Origin: Octopus sinensis
Lineage: Eukaryota
Direction of reading: 5' to 3'
Length of the DNA: 64,000 bases
Assembly: GCF_006345805.1 (NCBI RefSeq)
Contig: NC_043014.1
Location: 21,576,001 to 21,640,000, forward strand
Positions 1-14,444 of this stretch are shown one piece after another; the first letter of the stretch is position 1; every line of letters starts with the position of its first letter. Both the position numbers and the translations under genes were made by a program. The notes under the pieces were generated by a model. It was given only the letters and a program-made list of their open reading frames with translations. It ran no database searches and was not told the DNA's origin.

Positions 1-414
1 GGGAAAAAACGGATCATGTGAACTTTCCAACAACCCCTTCGGAAAACATTTTCCCCACAATATTCTTTATAATTGTAATCTATGTTGTTTGAAAAGTGTT
101 TCTGCAAAATTTCTTTGAAAGATATCCATTTTCCTGATGAGGAAAACAAACGGATTGTGTGAATTTTCCAAAATCATCTCCCTATTCTTTCTGAAAACAA
201 TTTCTTTATGATCATAATCTGTGCCATTTGAACGGTATTTCTATAAACTTTCATTAATATATATCCATATATCAAGGTCGGATCTTGTGAATTTTCTGAA
301 AGTCTTCCCTTTCCCGTTCATTTGCACAAATTTTTGTTTCCATATTAGTTTTCTACACATTTTTTTTAAACCTAGTAGGATGTTTTTTTTTTTATCGTGA
401 CCAGGGCTTAAACT

Positions 415-652
415 GTATATTTATTTATAGCCCACAGGGGACTAAACACATAGAGGACAAACAAGGACATACAAAGGGATTAAGTCGATTACATCAACCC
501 TAGTGCATAACTGGTATTTATTTAATCAACCCCAAAAGGATGAAAAGGCAAAGTCAACCTCAGTGGAATTTGAATTCAGAACGTAATGGCAGATGAAATA
601 CCACTAAGCATTTCACCCAGCATGCTAATGATTGTGCCAGCTCGCTGCCCTC
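415..652 (-). mobile_element. tRNA-derived SINE with Meta-like central domain
   Basis: Reverse complement reads GGCAGCGAGCTGGCAC...GTTCTGAATTCAAATTCCACTGAGGTTGACTTTGCCTTTTCATCC...AATAAAATACCAG. The same family recurs at 20125-20300(-), 40305-40700(+) and 53360-53560(+). Confidence 0.7.
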
Positions 653-1879
653 TTAAACTGTATATTGACCTGACTTTTTACCAAATCTGCATTCCAATGA
701 TCACTAACAACAATGATACCAAACATAGGCACAAAGCCAGAAATTTAGCTAAAGAAAATATACTGGTGCTTTATCAACTCTAGGAGGATGAAAAAAAATG
801 TAACTAAATAAACAACAATGTTCTACCAAATCTGTGATTCAAAAATAACCGTAATAACCTTATGGTGATGATTATGCGGTGATGCATATAAATGTGACAG
901 AATTCCTGATCTGAGCTTCTTTCACTCTACTTTGTCCAACTGGTAATAAATTTCAAAAGACCGTATTAATATGCTGAAGACTAAAATTGAATCAGAGTTG
1001 CCTTTTGAACCTTCGGTCTAATGCTCTCTCAACTATTTCAGCTATCTACAAACGGTTTCCTAATTTTTATAAATACATTTACTGCAATTAAAATAAAAAT
1101 ATTTTTCTGAAGTATACCAAACAAAATACATTAATTAATGAGTAGAGAAAAAAACTTTCAAAATTTTAGAAATAATGTTTTTTTTTTTTTGTCCTTTTAT
1201 GTTTCATGTTTATCTGAAATACAGCTATTTACTTAAATAGAACAGACGTATTACAGCAAACAAATAGTCTCATTAGAAACATTCAGAACATGTCTCCATG
1301 GACCCCATTGATTGCATGCAACATATCAAGATGATACAATACAATCAATTGAGGAAGTTGTAAAGATAATTTATAAACATCCTGTGTGTGTGTGTAAACA
1401 TACCTAAACAAGTTTACCCCCATCCCATTGGACTTTGTTTCTTCATAACCTTAAAAAAAAAATTTAAAAATCGATATTTTTAAATGAAATTATCAACTTC
1501 CGATGGTGAAGTTTCCAAGTATATCAGAATAGGTTTTTGAAAACTTTTCCAAAAATTCACACGTGTCTGCTTTGTTTCCTCACAACTTTTAGAAAATTGA
1601 ATATTTTTTAGTGAAATTTTCTACAAATATTTTCAGATGGTGTAAATGACAATTACAGCAGGATTTAATGTAGATGGGGTGGGAATTGGTGAGCGTGCAC
1701 ACTTCTACATACATTACATATAGACACGGACGGGTCATTTGAAGTTTTCTTTGAAAAGTCAAGTTCCAAATTATCTTTACACATTTGGCTCGTTACATTC
1801 GAGATTGCTTCAATTTGGCCAGCCCCAAAGAAAAACTAAGCTAAGAGCATTAGATTCCTTGGAATATATATCTTTTATT

Positions 1880-2260
1880 GTTTAATTATTTCAGTCATTA
1901 GACTGCAGCCATGCTGGGGCACCACCTTGAAGAATTTGTAGTTAAATGAATTGACCCCATTACTTATTTTTTAAAATCTGATACTTAACCTATCAGTTCT
2001 TCTGCCAAACTGCTAAGTTACAGGGATGTAAATACACCAACACCAGTTGTCAAGCAGTGGTGGGGGACAAATACAGATACACACACACACACACACACAC
2101 AATATATATGTGTGTGATGGGCTTCTTTCAGTGTCCATCTACCAAATCCACTTGCAAGGCTTTGGTCAACCTGAGGCTATAGTAGAAGCCACTTGTCCAA
2201 AATGCAATACAGTGGGACTAAACCTGGAAACATGTAATTGAGAAGCAACACTCATACAAG
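1880..2260 (-). mobile_element. Octopus OK-type SINE with internal (CA/TA)n
   Basis: Tail GACTGCAGCCATGCTGGGGCACCACCTTG (reverse of the family 3' end), internal microsatellite, head region GGCTATAGTAGAAGCCACTTG; matches the intact copy at 34003-34390. Confidence 0.75.
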
Positions 2261-2699
2261 AAAAAAGTGTAATAACATAGCTTGTCCAGCACCATGCCAC
2301 CAGTTTTCATAGATCTATGACTTAAAAGAAGAGGTGAATCAATTTCCACAAAGTCAGCTTTTTTCTGATTAGACTAAAAATTATCAAACTTTGAACCTCT
2401 AGCAACTCAGCAACCTCAGCCAACTGTAATGCTTATTTAGCCACATTGTTTTGAATTAATCAAGGATTATATCATAGTTTTGAGATTTCTATCATGTTAT
2501 TTTTAGCATGATATTGTTGGAGTAGGTGTGAGAGGCCAGATCTGGCCATTTTGAATATAAAACAGAATATATTAGCCTGATATGGCCAATTTAAACATCA
2601 AAGAGTTAAATTCCAAATTTGGATTCAGCATAAAAAATTACATCACTATACAATATTTGAAAATTTTTACTTAATTTTAAAATTTCCAAATTTGCGACA

Positions 2700-3450
2700 G
2701 CAACTGACTAAACTTAAAGTCTTTATTCCTTCTATTCAAAGTTCCAAGAAGCACTTCTAACCACAATTCTCCAGTAATCGCATGAGTACAAGCAGAATCT
2801 AACAATGCCATGCCAAGTATCTCTTTCACAAAAGTGGATATTGATCAGTGAATCTGATCAATATGGAATTCAACATGGAATAAAAATCACATATTGCAGA
2901 CTCCATGACAAGATTAACATCTTTTATATTAGCCTCTGGCAAAACACTTCATGATTTTAACACCCCTGTTCGTGGGATCTGACCTTCTACCCACAAACAG
3001 ATTAACAGTTGCCTCTTTTGCTATAAAATTGTTTGTATCAGTTAAAGTTTACAGTCTCTGGTTCGTACTTCACAGCTGGTACAACAAACTCACTTGAAAT
3101 ATCTCTAATTACCTTCTTCAGGGTGCTTTGATGCATTCACAAGTTAGATGAGAACATGTAGTATATGCTAGCTTTCCATTTAAATTTTTTTTTTTTCCTA
3201 AATTGTTAATATCATTAAGTACAAAAAAGTGCCTAACAACTTCCAAAAAACAATTCTGAATTGTGATAATTTTTGTTAAAGAAACTCTTACCAAACAAGC
3301 AAGTCATTCAAGCTTAAGCTTGAGCTCCTTTTGTAAGAACAGAATTCATCAAAAGACATGTAAGCTCTCAGATTTCCATCATAAAGGTAAATTTTATCAA
3401 GCTTGCCTGTATCAAGTTTAGCCTAATGTCTGCATCAATATCAGCAAGTG
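2700..3450 (-). mobile_element. degenerate LTR retrotransposon gag-protease relic (Copia-like)
   Basis: Manual translation of the - strand gives LDKIYLYDGNLRAYMSFDEFCSYKR (gag-like, ~3400-3330) and ILGMALLDSACTHAITGELWL (aspartic protease LDS motif, ~2820-2760), with many stops between. Confidence 0.55.
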
Positions 3451-3768
3451 CTAAGTTAAATAAATGTTAACATGTATGTTAAGAGGCAATGCAATGCAAA
3501 CTGATCACATTTTTAGAGCTTGTTTCCATTCAATATATAGGTCTTCATTAGACAAAATCAGTGGTTATTTCCTAAAATTTACTTTTGAATCCAAATGTAC
3601 CACAATAAACTGCACAAGAAACATTATTTCCCATCATACTAGAATCAATGACAATTACTGCCTTTGTGAAATGCTTCTAACTCCTCACATTATATTAGTT
3701 ATTTGTTCATTTTGAATGTTCAATGATTACAGACACCATCTTCCTCTATGATTCACTATGATCTATAC

Positions 3769-4100
3769 CAGTGGCTGGGGTTCATATGACTCCTGGGGAT
3801 CCACCACACAAGCAAAATACCAAATTTATGTCTACTAAATACCAAGTTTTGGGATCCACAGTAGTTAATTAAGGGTCCATGAAAAAAATTTTGATTTATA
3901 TGTATTTATTTCAAGGAACAGCTAGTTTCCTTTCTCTAATGTTTTACATAGTTCAGCCCACACAAGGTTAAAAGGAAAACAGGAATTTCAAAAGAAGTAT
4001 CCATAAAACCAGTTTTTAAATATCAAATTGCTATGGAGGTCCACCAGAATAAAATAGTAATCAAAGGAGTCCATACATTAGTAATGGTTGAGAACATCTG
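3769..4100. mobile_element. hAT-type MITE
   Basis: Starts CAGTGG and ends GGTTGAGAACATCTG; flanked by a near-identical 8-bp TSD, ATCTATAC (3761-3768) / ACCTATAC (4101-4108). Confidence 0.6.
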
Positions 4101-4194
4101 ACCTATACCAAACCAACAACACGTTGACCTTGCTGATATATTTAAAAAGAAGGCAATCTAACATCAACAAGTGAACATTATTCATATTACTCAC

Positions 4195-4299
4195 ATAGAG
4201 ATATTTGGCTCAATCAGAATTGTTTGATAACTAGCAAAACTTTAGGCAGACTGCCAAGACAAAAATTGCAGAATTTGATCTGTACAGGTGCCTACACGT
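4195..4299 (-). other. candidate exon (105 nt) of a - strand spliced transcript; would carry a stop codon
   Basis: Acceptor tttttaaagatttcag and donor GTGAGT. In phase with the 4632-4677 exon it reads (R)RVGTCTDQILQFLSWQSA*. Confidence 0.4.
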
Positions 4300-4631
4300 C
4301 TGAAATCTTTAAAAACTCCAGTATTACAATAAAGCAAATCAGTATGTCCAGAGTTGTATTTAAAACTAGTCTAAGACATCTTTGTAAATTCTGATTTTAC
4401 TAGACCCCACAAAATAACACTATAGTGTACATGACAACTAATAAGAGCCTGATAAATGTTTAGTAGAATATGTCTAGGTATATAATTACTGAGCACTTAT
4501 AGATTACATTAACATGTGGTTTCTATTTAAGATAATTAATGACAGAATTTAAACAGATCAACATGATGTTACAATCAAATTCAAGCTGTTGGAATGAGAC
4601 TAAGTCTATTTGCCTTTAACCAACTTGATAC

Positions 4632-4677
4632 CTCATATGTTCATTGCTTATACTCTTTGTATTTGCCTTATTCAAGT
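4632..4677 (-). other. candidate exon (46 nt) of a - strand spliced transcript
   Basis: Strong acceptor (long T-rich tract ending gcttttag) and donor GAG|gtatca. One open frame: (D)LNKANTKSISNEHM(R). Confidence 0.4.
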
Positions 4678-4774
4678 CTAAAAGCAAAAAAAAAACAAAA
4701 AAACAGTAAATGTGACATCCACATAATAGAATAAAATCAAATAATTTTGAAGACATGGATATGTAATGTATATA

Positions 4775-4875
4775 GCTGCAGGCATGGCTGTGTGGTAAGA
4801 AGCTTCCTTTTCAGCTACATGGTCTCAGGTTCAGCCCCAGTGAGTAGACATAAACTGAAAGAAGCCTGTTTGTGT
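4775..4875 (+). mobile_element. 5' half of an OK-type SINE, split at its internal microsatellite
   Basis: GCAGGCATGGCTGTGTGGTAAGAAGCTT...AACTGAAAGAAGCCTGT runs straight into TG/TA repeats; internally deleted relative to the 34003 copy. Confidence 0.7.
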
Positions 4876-6383
4876 GTGTGTGTATGTGTATATATATATA
4901 TACATAGATATATACATGCATATATATACATATATACATGCATATATATACATATATACATGCATATATATATATATACATGCATATACATATATACATG
5001 CATATACATATATATACATGCATATCATATATATACATGCATATACATATATATACATGCATATACATATATACATGCATATACATATATACATGCATAT
5101 ACATATATACATGCATATACACATACATGCATATACATATACATGCATTTACATATATATATATACATGCATATACATATACATATACATGCATATACAT
5201 ATATATATATACATGCATATACATATACATACATAAACATATATATATATACATGCATATACATATATATATACATGCATATACATATATATATACATAT
5301 ATATATACATATATATATGCATATACATATACATGCATATACATATATATATACATGCATATACATATATATATACATGCATATACATATATATATACAT
5401 ATATATATACATATATATATACATGCATATACATACATGCATATACATATATATATACATGCATATACATATATATATACATGCATATACATATATATAT
5501 ACATATATATATACATATATATATACATGCATATACATATATATATACATATATATATACATATATATATACATATACATATATATATACATATATATAT
5601 ACATAATATATACATATACATATATATATACATATACATTATATATACATATACATATATATATACATATACATATATTATACATATATATATCATATAC
5701 ATATAGTATATACATATATATATACATATACATATATATATACATAATATATACATATATATATACATATACATATACTAGATATTATAAAACATATATA
5801 TATACATATACATATATATATACATATATAATATCATGCATATACATATATATATACATATATAAATATACATGCATATACATATATATATTACATGCAT
5901 ATACATTATATAATACACTAATATATATAGACATAATATATATACATATATATATACATATATATATACATATATATATACATAAGTATATATATACATA
6001 TATATATATACATATATATATACATATATATATCATATATATATACATATATATATACACATATTATATACACATATATATATACACACATATATATACA
6101 CCATTATATACACACATATATATACACATATATATACACATATATATACACATATATATACACATAATATAACACATATATATACACACATATATACAAC
6201 CATATATATACACACATATATATACACACATATATACACACATATATACACACTATATACACATATATATATACACATATATATATACATATATATACAC
6301 TATATATTATATATATATACACATATATAATCATATATTATACACATATATATACACATATATATATACATATATATATACAC

Positions 6384-6414
<31 letters not shown>

Positions 6415-6805
6415 CATATATATACATATATATCTATATATATACATATATATATATACATATATATATACATACATATATATTACACAATATATTCACA
6501 TACATATATATATACATACATATATATATATACATACATATATATATACATACATATATAAATCATACATATATATATACTACATATATAATACATATAT
6601 CCATACATACATACATACATACTATCATATATACATACTAACATACATACATATATACATACATATATACATACATATATACATACATATATACATACAT
6701 ATATACATACATATATACATACATATATACATACTATATACATACATATATACATTACATATATACATACATAATACATATATATATACATACATATATA
6801 CATAC

Positions 6806-6838
<33 letters not shown>

Positions 6839-7762
6839 CATACATACATACATACTATTATACCGATACATATATACATACATATATACATACATATATA
6901 TACATATTATACATAACATACATACTATATACATACATACATACATACATACATTATCAATACATATATACATACATACATATATACATACATATATACA
7001 TACATATATACATACATATATACATACATATACATACTATATACATACATACATATATACATATATATATACATACATATATACATACATATATACATAC
7101 ATATATACATACATATATACATACATACATATATACATACATATATACATACATATATACATACATATATACATACATATATACATACATATATACATAC
7201 ATATATACATACATACATATATATATACATACATATATACATACATATATATATACATACATATATACATACATATATACATACATATATACATACATAT
7301 ATATATACATACATATATACATACATACATATATACATACATATATACATACATATATACATACATATATACATACATACATATATACATACATATATAC
7401 ATACATACATATATACATATATATATACATACATATATACATACGTACATATATACATACGTACATATATACGTACATATATACGTACATATATACATAC
7501 ATATATACATACATATATACATACATATATATATACATATATATATCATTATATAACATATATATATACATATATATATACATATATATATACATATATA
7601 TACATATATATATACATATATATATACATATATATATACATATATATATACATAATATATACATATTATATACATATTATATACATATATATATACATAT
7701 ATATATACATATATATACATATATATATACATATATATATACATAATATACTAATACATACA

Positions 7763-7797
<35 letters not shown>

Positions 7798-8199
7798 CAT
7801 ATATCTATACATATATATATACATACCTATATACATATATCTATACATATATATATACATATATATACATATATATACATATATATAATAACATACATAT
7901 ATATAACATACATATATACATACATATATATATACATACAATATATATACATACATATTATATATACATACATATATATATACATATATATATACATACA
8001 TATATACATCATATATATATTACATACATTATATATACATACATATATATATACATATATATACCATATATATATACATACTATATATTAATACATAATA
8101 TATACATACTATATATAATATACATACATATATACATATATATATACATACATATATATATACATATTATATACATACATATATACATACATATATACA

Positions 8200-8237
<38 letters not shown>

Positions 8238-9129
8238 CATTACATTTATTATATATACATACATATATATATATACATACATATATATAACATAAATATA
8301 TATATATACATACATACATATATATATATACATACATATATATCTATACATACATATATATATATACATACATATACATATATATAATACATACATATAT
8401 ATATATATACATACAACATATATATATACATATATCATACATACATATTATATACATACTACATACATATACATACATAATATATACATATATATATACA
8501 TACATAATATATATATACATATATATATACATACATACATATACATACATATATATATACATACATATATAAGATATACTATATATATATACATATATAT
8601 ACAACATATATACATACATACTAATACATACATACATATATACATACATATATACATACATACATATATACATACATATATACATACATACATATATACA
8701 TACATATATACATACATACATATATACATACATATATACATACATACATATATACATACATACATATATACATACATACATATATACATACATACATATA
8801 TACATACATACATATATACATACATACATATATACATACATACATATATACATACATACATATATACATACATACATATATACATACATACATATATACA
8901 TACATACATATATACATACATACATACATATACATACATACATACATATACATACATACATATATATACATACATACATATATATATATACATACATACA
9001 TATATATACATACATACATACATATAATAATACATACATACATATATATATATACATACATACATACATATTATATATACATATATATATACATATATAT
9101 ATACATATATATATATCATATATATATAC

Positions 9130-9161
<32 letters not shown>

Positions 9162-9165
9162 CTAC

Positions 9166-9209
<44 letters not shown>

Positions 9210-9469
9210 ATATATAATACATTATATTAATATATATACACCATATATATATTAACATATATATATATAAATACATATATATATATATATATCATATATT
9301 ATTATATCATATATATCTATATATACATATATATATATATCATATATATATATAATATACATATATTATAATACATATATATATATACATATATATATAT
9401 ACATATATATATAATATACATATATATATAATACATATAATATATATAATATATATATACAATATATAT

Positions 9470-9505
<36 letters not shown>

Positions 9506-10043
9506 ATATATATCTATATATATATACATACATTATATATATATAACATACATATATACATATACATACATTATACATATATATATAACATACATATATA
9601 CATACATATATACATACATATATACATACATACATATATACATACATACATACATATATATACATATATATATACACATATATATACCTATATATACACA
9701 TATTATACATATATATATACACATATATATACTATATATACATATATATATACACATATATATATACATATATATATACAGATATTATATACATATATAT
9801 ACATATTATATATACATATATATATATACATATAATATACATATATATACAATATAATATACTATATATATACATATATATATACATATATATATACATA
9901 TATATATATACATATATATATATACATATATATAATATATATATATAATATATCATAATATATATACATATATATATATACATATATAATATATATTATA
10001 TATATATATATATATATAATATAATATACATATATATATATAC

Positions 10044-10074
<31 letters not shown>

Positions 10075-10454
10075 CATATATATATATACAGATATATATA
10101 TATACATATATATATATACTATAATACATATACATATATATACATATACATATATATACATATATATATATATAACATATATATATATACATATATTACA
10201 TATACAACATATATACTATACATATACACATATACATATACACATATACATATACACATATACACATATACTATACACATACATATACACATATATATAT
10301 ACACATATACATATACACATATACATATACCATATACATATACACATATTATAATACACATATATATATACACATATATATATACACATATATATATACA
10401 CATATATATATACACATATATATACATATATATATACATATATATATATATATA

Positions 10455-10499
<45 letters not shown>

Positions 10500-10876
10500 C
10501 ATATATACATATACATATATATATATACATATACATATATACATATACATATATACATATACATATATACATATACATATATACATATACATATATACAT
10601 ATACATATATACATATACATATATACATATACATATATACATATACATATATACATATACATATATATATATACATATATATATACACACATATATACAC
10701 ATATATATACATATTATACACATATATACATATATACATATATATACATATATACATACATATACATACATATATACAACAACATATATACATACATATA
10801 TACATACATATATACATACATATATATATACATACTATATTATACATACATATATATATACATACATATATATTAC

Positions 10877-10915
<39 letters not shown>

Positions 10916-11420
10916 CATACATATATATATACTACATATATACATACATACATATATAATACATACAATATATATATACATATATATACATACATATACA
11001 TACATATATATATAACATACATATATACATACATATATATACATATATATATATACATATATATACATATATATACATATATATATACATATATATACAT
11101 ATATATATTACATATATATATACATATATATTATACATATATATATACATATATATATACATATATATATACATATATATATACATATATATATCATATA
11201 TATATACATATATATATACATATATATTACATATATATATACATATATATATACATATATATATACATATATATACATATATATATACATATATATACAT
11301 ATATATACATATATATTACATATATATACATATATATACTATATATACATAATATATACATATATATACATACATATACATACATATATATACATACATA
11401 TACATATATATATATAATAT
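4876..11420. repeat. 6.5-kb compound TA/CA low-complexity array
   Basis: Successive domains of (TATACATGCATA)n, (TATATACA)n, (TATACACATA)n, (TATACATACA)n and (TATACA)n. Confidence 0.97.
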
Positions 11421-11865
11421 ATTCACTCGCTACACACTACACCTTCAGAGAAAACACAGACTTTCAAAATTCCAAATGGCCAGCTAAGTCAATTTCATCC
11501 TGCTCTTTTCATATTTTTAAGCGTTTTGTTTGGATAGCTTGATCTGTCTCCCTTCGTTCCCCTATTCTCTAAACATGGCGACTTCACGCATTGCATTTTT
11601 AAAGTTTATTTTCCTTCAGGGCCATCTTCGATGTTTATCCATTCTCCTCCGAAATATGCCCCCTCGTCTCTTACCGTATTTTTTTCATTATTTATCTATT
11701 CTCATTCTCTACCGTAGTATTTTTTTTCATTATTTATCTATTTCCATTCTCTACCGTATTTTTTATTATTATATCTATTTTCATTCTCTCTCTGGCTTTC
11801 ATTCAGTCATTTATCTAATTATTATTTCCCCCTCAAATATAGTATTCAAACTAGTTGCTTCGATT

Positions 11866-11900
<35 letters not shown>

Positions 11901-12392
11901 TTTCCGTCCCCTTCCCTAATTCCCTTTAAAAAGCCAGCGTGCGATCGTATCTGATCCCTATTCACTCGCTACAAACCTTCAGAGAAAACACAGACTTCCA
12001 AAAATGGCCAGCTAAGTCAATTTCATCCTGCTCTTTTCATATTTTTAAGCGTTTTGTTTGGATAGCTTGATCTGTTCTCCCTTCGTTCCCCTATTCTCTA
12101 AACATGGCGACTTCACGCATTGCATTTTTAAAGTTTATTTTCCTTCAGGGCCATCTTCGATGTTTATCCATTCTCCTCCGAAATATGCCCCCTCGTCTCT
12201 TACCGTATTTTTTTCATTATTTATCTATTCTCATTCTCTACCGTATTTTTTTCATTATTTATCTATTTCCATTCTCTACCGTATTTTTTATTATTTATCT
12301 ATTTTCATTCTCTCTCTGGCTTTCATTCAGTCATTTATCTATTAATTATTTTTCCCCCTCTCAAATATAGTATTCAAACTAGTTGCTTCGAT

Positions 12393-12423
<31 letters not shown>

Positions 12424-13765
12424 TTTCCGTCCCCTTCCCTAATTCCCTTATAAAAGCCAGCGTGCGATCGTATCTGATCCCTATTCACTCGCTACACACC
12501 TCAGAGAAAACACAACTTCCAAAAATGGCCAGCTAAGTCAATTTCATCCTGCTCTTTTCATATTTTTAAGCGTTTTGTTTGGATAGCTTGATCTGTTCTC
12601 CCCTTCGTTCCCCTATTCTCTAACATGGCGACTTCACGCATTGCATTTTTGAAGTTTATTTTCCTTCAGGGCCATCTTCGATGTTATCCATTCTCCTCCG
12701 AAATATGCCCCCTCGTCTCTTACCGTATTTTCTCTCTCGTGTTTCCGTCCCCTTCCCTATTCCCTTATAAAAGCCAGCGTGCGATCGTATCTGATCCCTA
12801 TTCACTCGCTACACACAACCTCAGAGAAAACACAGACTTCCAAAAATGGCCAGCTAAGTCAATTTCATCCTGCTCTTTTCATATTTTTAAGCGTTTTGTT
12901 TGGATAGCTTGATCTGTTCTCCCTTCGTTCCCCTATTCTCTAAACATGGCGACTTCACGCATTGCATTTTTAAAGTTTATTTTCCTTCAGGGCCATCTTC
13001 GAGTTTTATCCATTCTCCTCCGAAATATGCCCCCTCGTCTCTTACCGTATTTTTTTCATTATTTATCTATTCTCATTCTCTACCGTATTTTTTTTCATTA
13101 TTTATCTATTTCCATTCTCTACCGTATTTTTTATTATTTATCTATTTTCATTCTCTCTCTGCTGGCTTTCATTCAGTCATTTATCTAATTAATTATTTTT
13201 CCCCCTCAAATATAGTATTCAAACTAGTTGCTTCGATTCTCTCTCCTCTCTCTCTCTCTCTCCTCGTGTTTCCGTCCCCTTCCCTAATTCCCTTATAAAA
13301 GCCAGCCTGCGATCGTATCTGATCCCTATTCACTCGCTACAACCTCACACCTCAGAGAAAACACAGACTTCCAAAAATGGCCAGCTAAGTCAATTTCATC
13401 CTGCTCTTTTCATATTTTTAAGCGTTTTGTTTGGATAGCTTGATCTGTTCTCCCTTCGTTCCCCTATTCTCTAAACATGCGACTTCACGCATTGCATTTT
13501 TAAAGTTTATTTTCCTTCAGGGCCATCTTCGATGTTTATCCATTTCCTCTCCCCGAAATATGCCCCCTCGTCTCTTACCGTATTTTTTTTCATTATTTAT
13601 CTATTCTCATTCTCTACCGTATTTTTTTCATTATTTATCTATTTCCATTCTCTACCGTATTTTTTATTATTTATCTATTTTCATTCTCTCTCTGGCTTTC
13701 ATTCAGTCATTTATCTAATTAATTATTTTTCCCCCTCAAATATAGTATTCAAACTAGTTGCTTCG

Positions 13766-13802
<37 letters not shown>

Positions 13803-14292
13803 TTTCCGTCCCCTTCCCTAATTCCCTTATAAAAGCCAGCGTGCGATCGTATCTGATCCCTATTCACTCGCTACACCTTCAGAGAAAACACAGACTTCCA
13901 AAAATGGCCAGCTAAGTCAATTTCATCCTGCTCTTTTCATATTTTTAAGCGTTTTGTTTGGATAGCTTGATCTGTTCTCCCTTCGTTCCCCTATTCTCTA
14001 AACATGGCGACTTCACGCATTGCATTTTTAAAGTTTATTTTCCTTCAGGGCCATCTTCGATGTTTATCCATTCTCCTCCGAAATATGCCCCCTCGTCTCT
14101 TACCGTATTTTTTTCATTATTTATCTATTCTCATTCTCTACCGTATTTTTTTCATTATTTATCTATTTCCATTCTCTACCGTATTTTTTATTATTTATCT
14201 ATTTTCATTCTCTCTCTGGCTTTCATTCAGTCATTTATCTAATTAATTATTTTTCCCCCTCAAATATAGTATTCAAACTAGTTGCTTCGATT
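11421..14292 (+). repeat. tandem array of ~530-bp monomers (5 units plus one partial)
   Basis: Units start ATTCACTCGCTAC at 11421, 11960, 12483, 12800, 13328 and 13862. Unit 3 is internally deleted (317 bp) and unit 6 is truncated at the LINE junction. Units are near-identical apart from small indels and (CT)n length. Confidence 0.95.
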
Positions 14293-14444
14293 TTGTCGCC
14301 CGCCCCCTCCCACCACCAATACCGGAAGTTTCTACCCTAATACCGGAAACTACCCCCCCCCCCACTAGCACCTATGTAGGGTTTATCTGAACATATAGCG
14401 CAAAAATTGTGAAAAGTATGCAGGTTGTAGTCTAGAGTTTCCAT

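Noticed and set aside
4300-4631. Intronic box C/D or H/ACA snoRNA in the candidate - strand transcript
   Set aside because: A CTGA is present but there is no box C or terminal stem.
4747-11300. Dozens of long Y/I/M/C/H-rich ORFs (also 18384-19210 and 44818-45372)
   Set aside because: Translations of TA/CA repeats, which lack stop codons in several frames.
11530-14246. Repeated ORFs MDSLICSPF... and MATSRIAFLKF... in the monomers
   Set aside because: Low-complexity F/S/L/I/Y sequence, first ORF starts at TTG, and frames differ between near-identical units; no coding signal.
11421-14292. Monomer array as a retrozyme or rDNA/5S/histone repeat
   Set aside because: No CUGANGA..GAAA motif on either strand and no rRNA, tRNA, snRNA or histone similarity that I can recognise.
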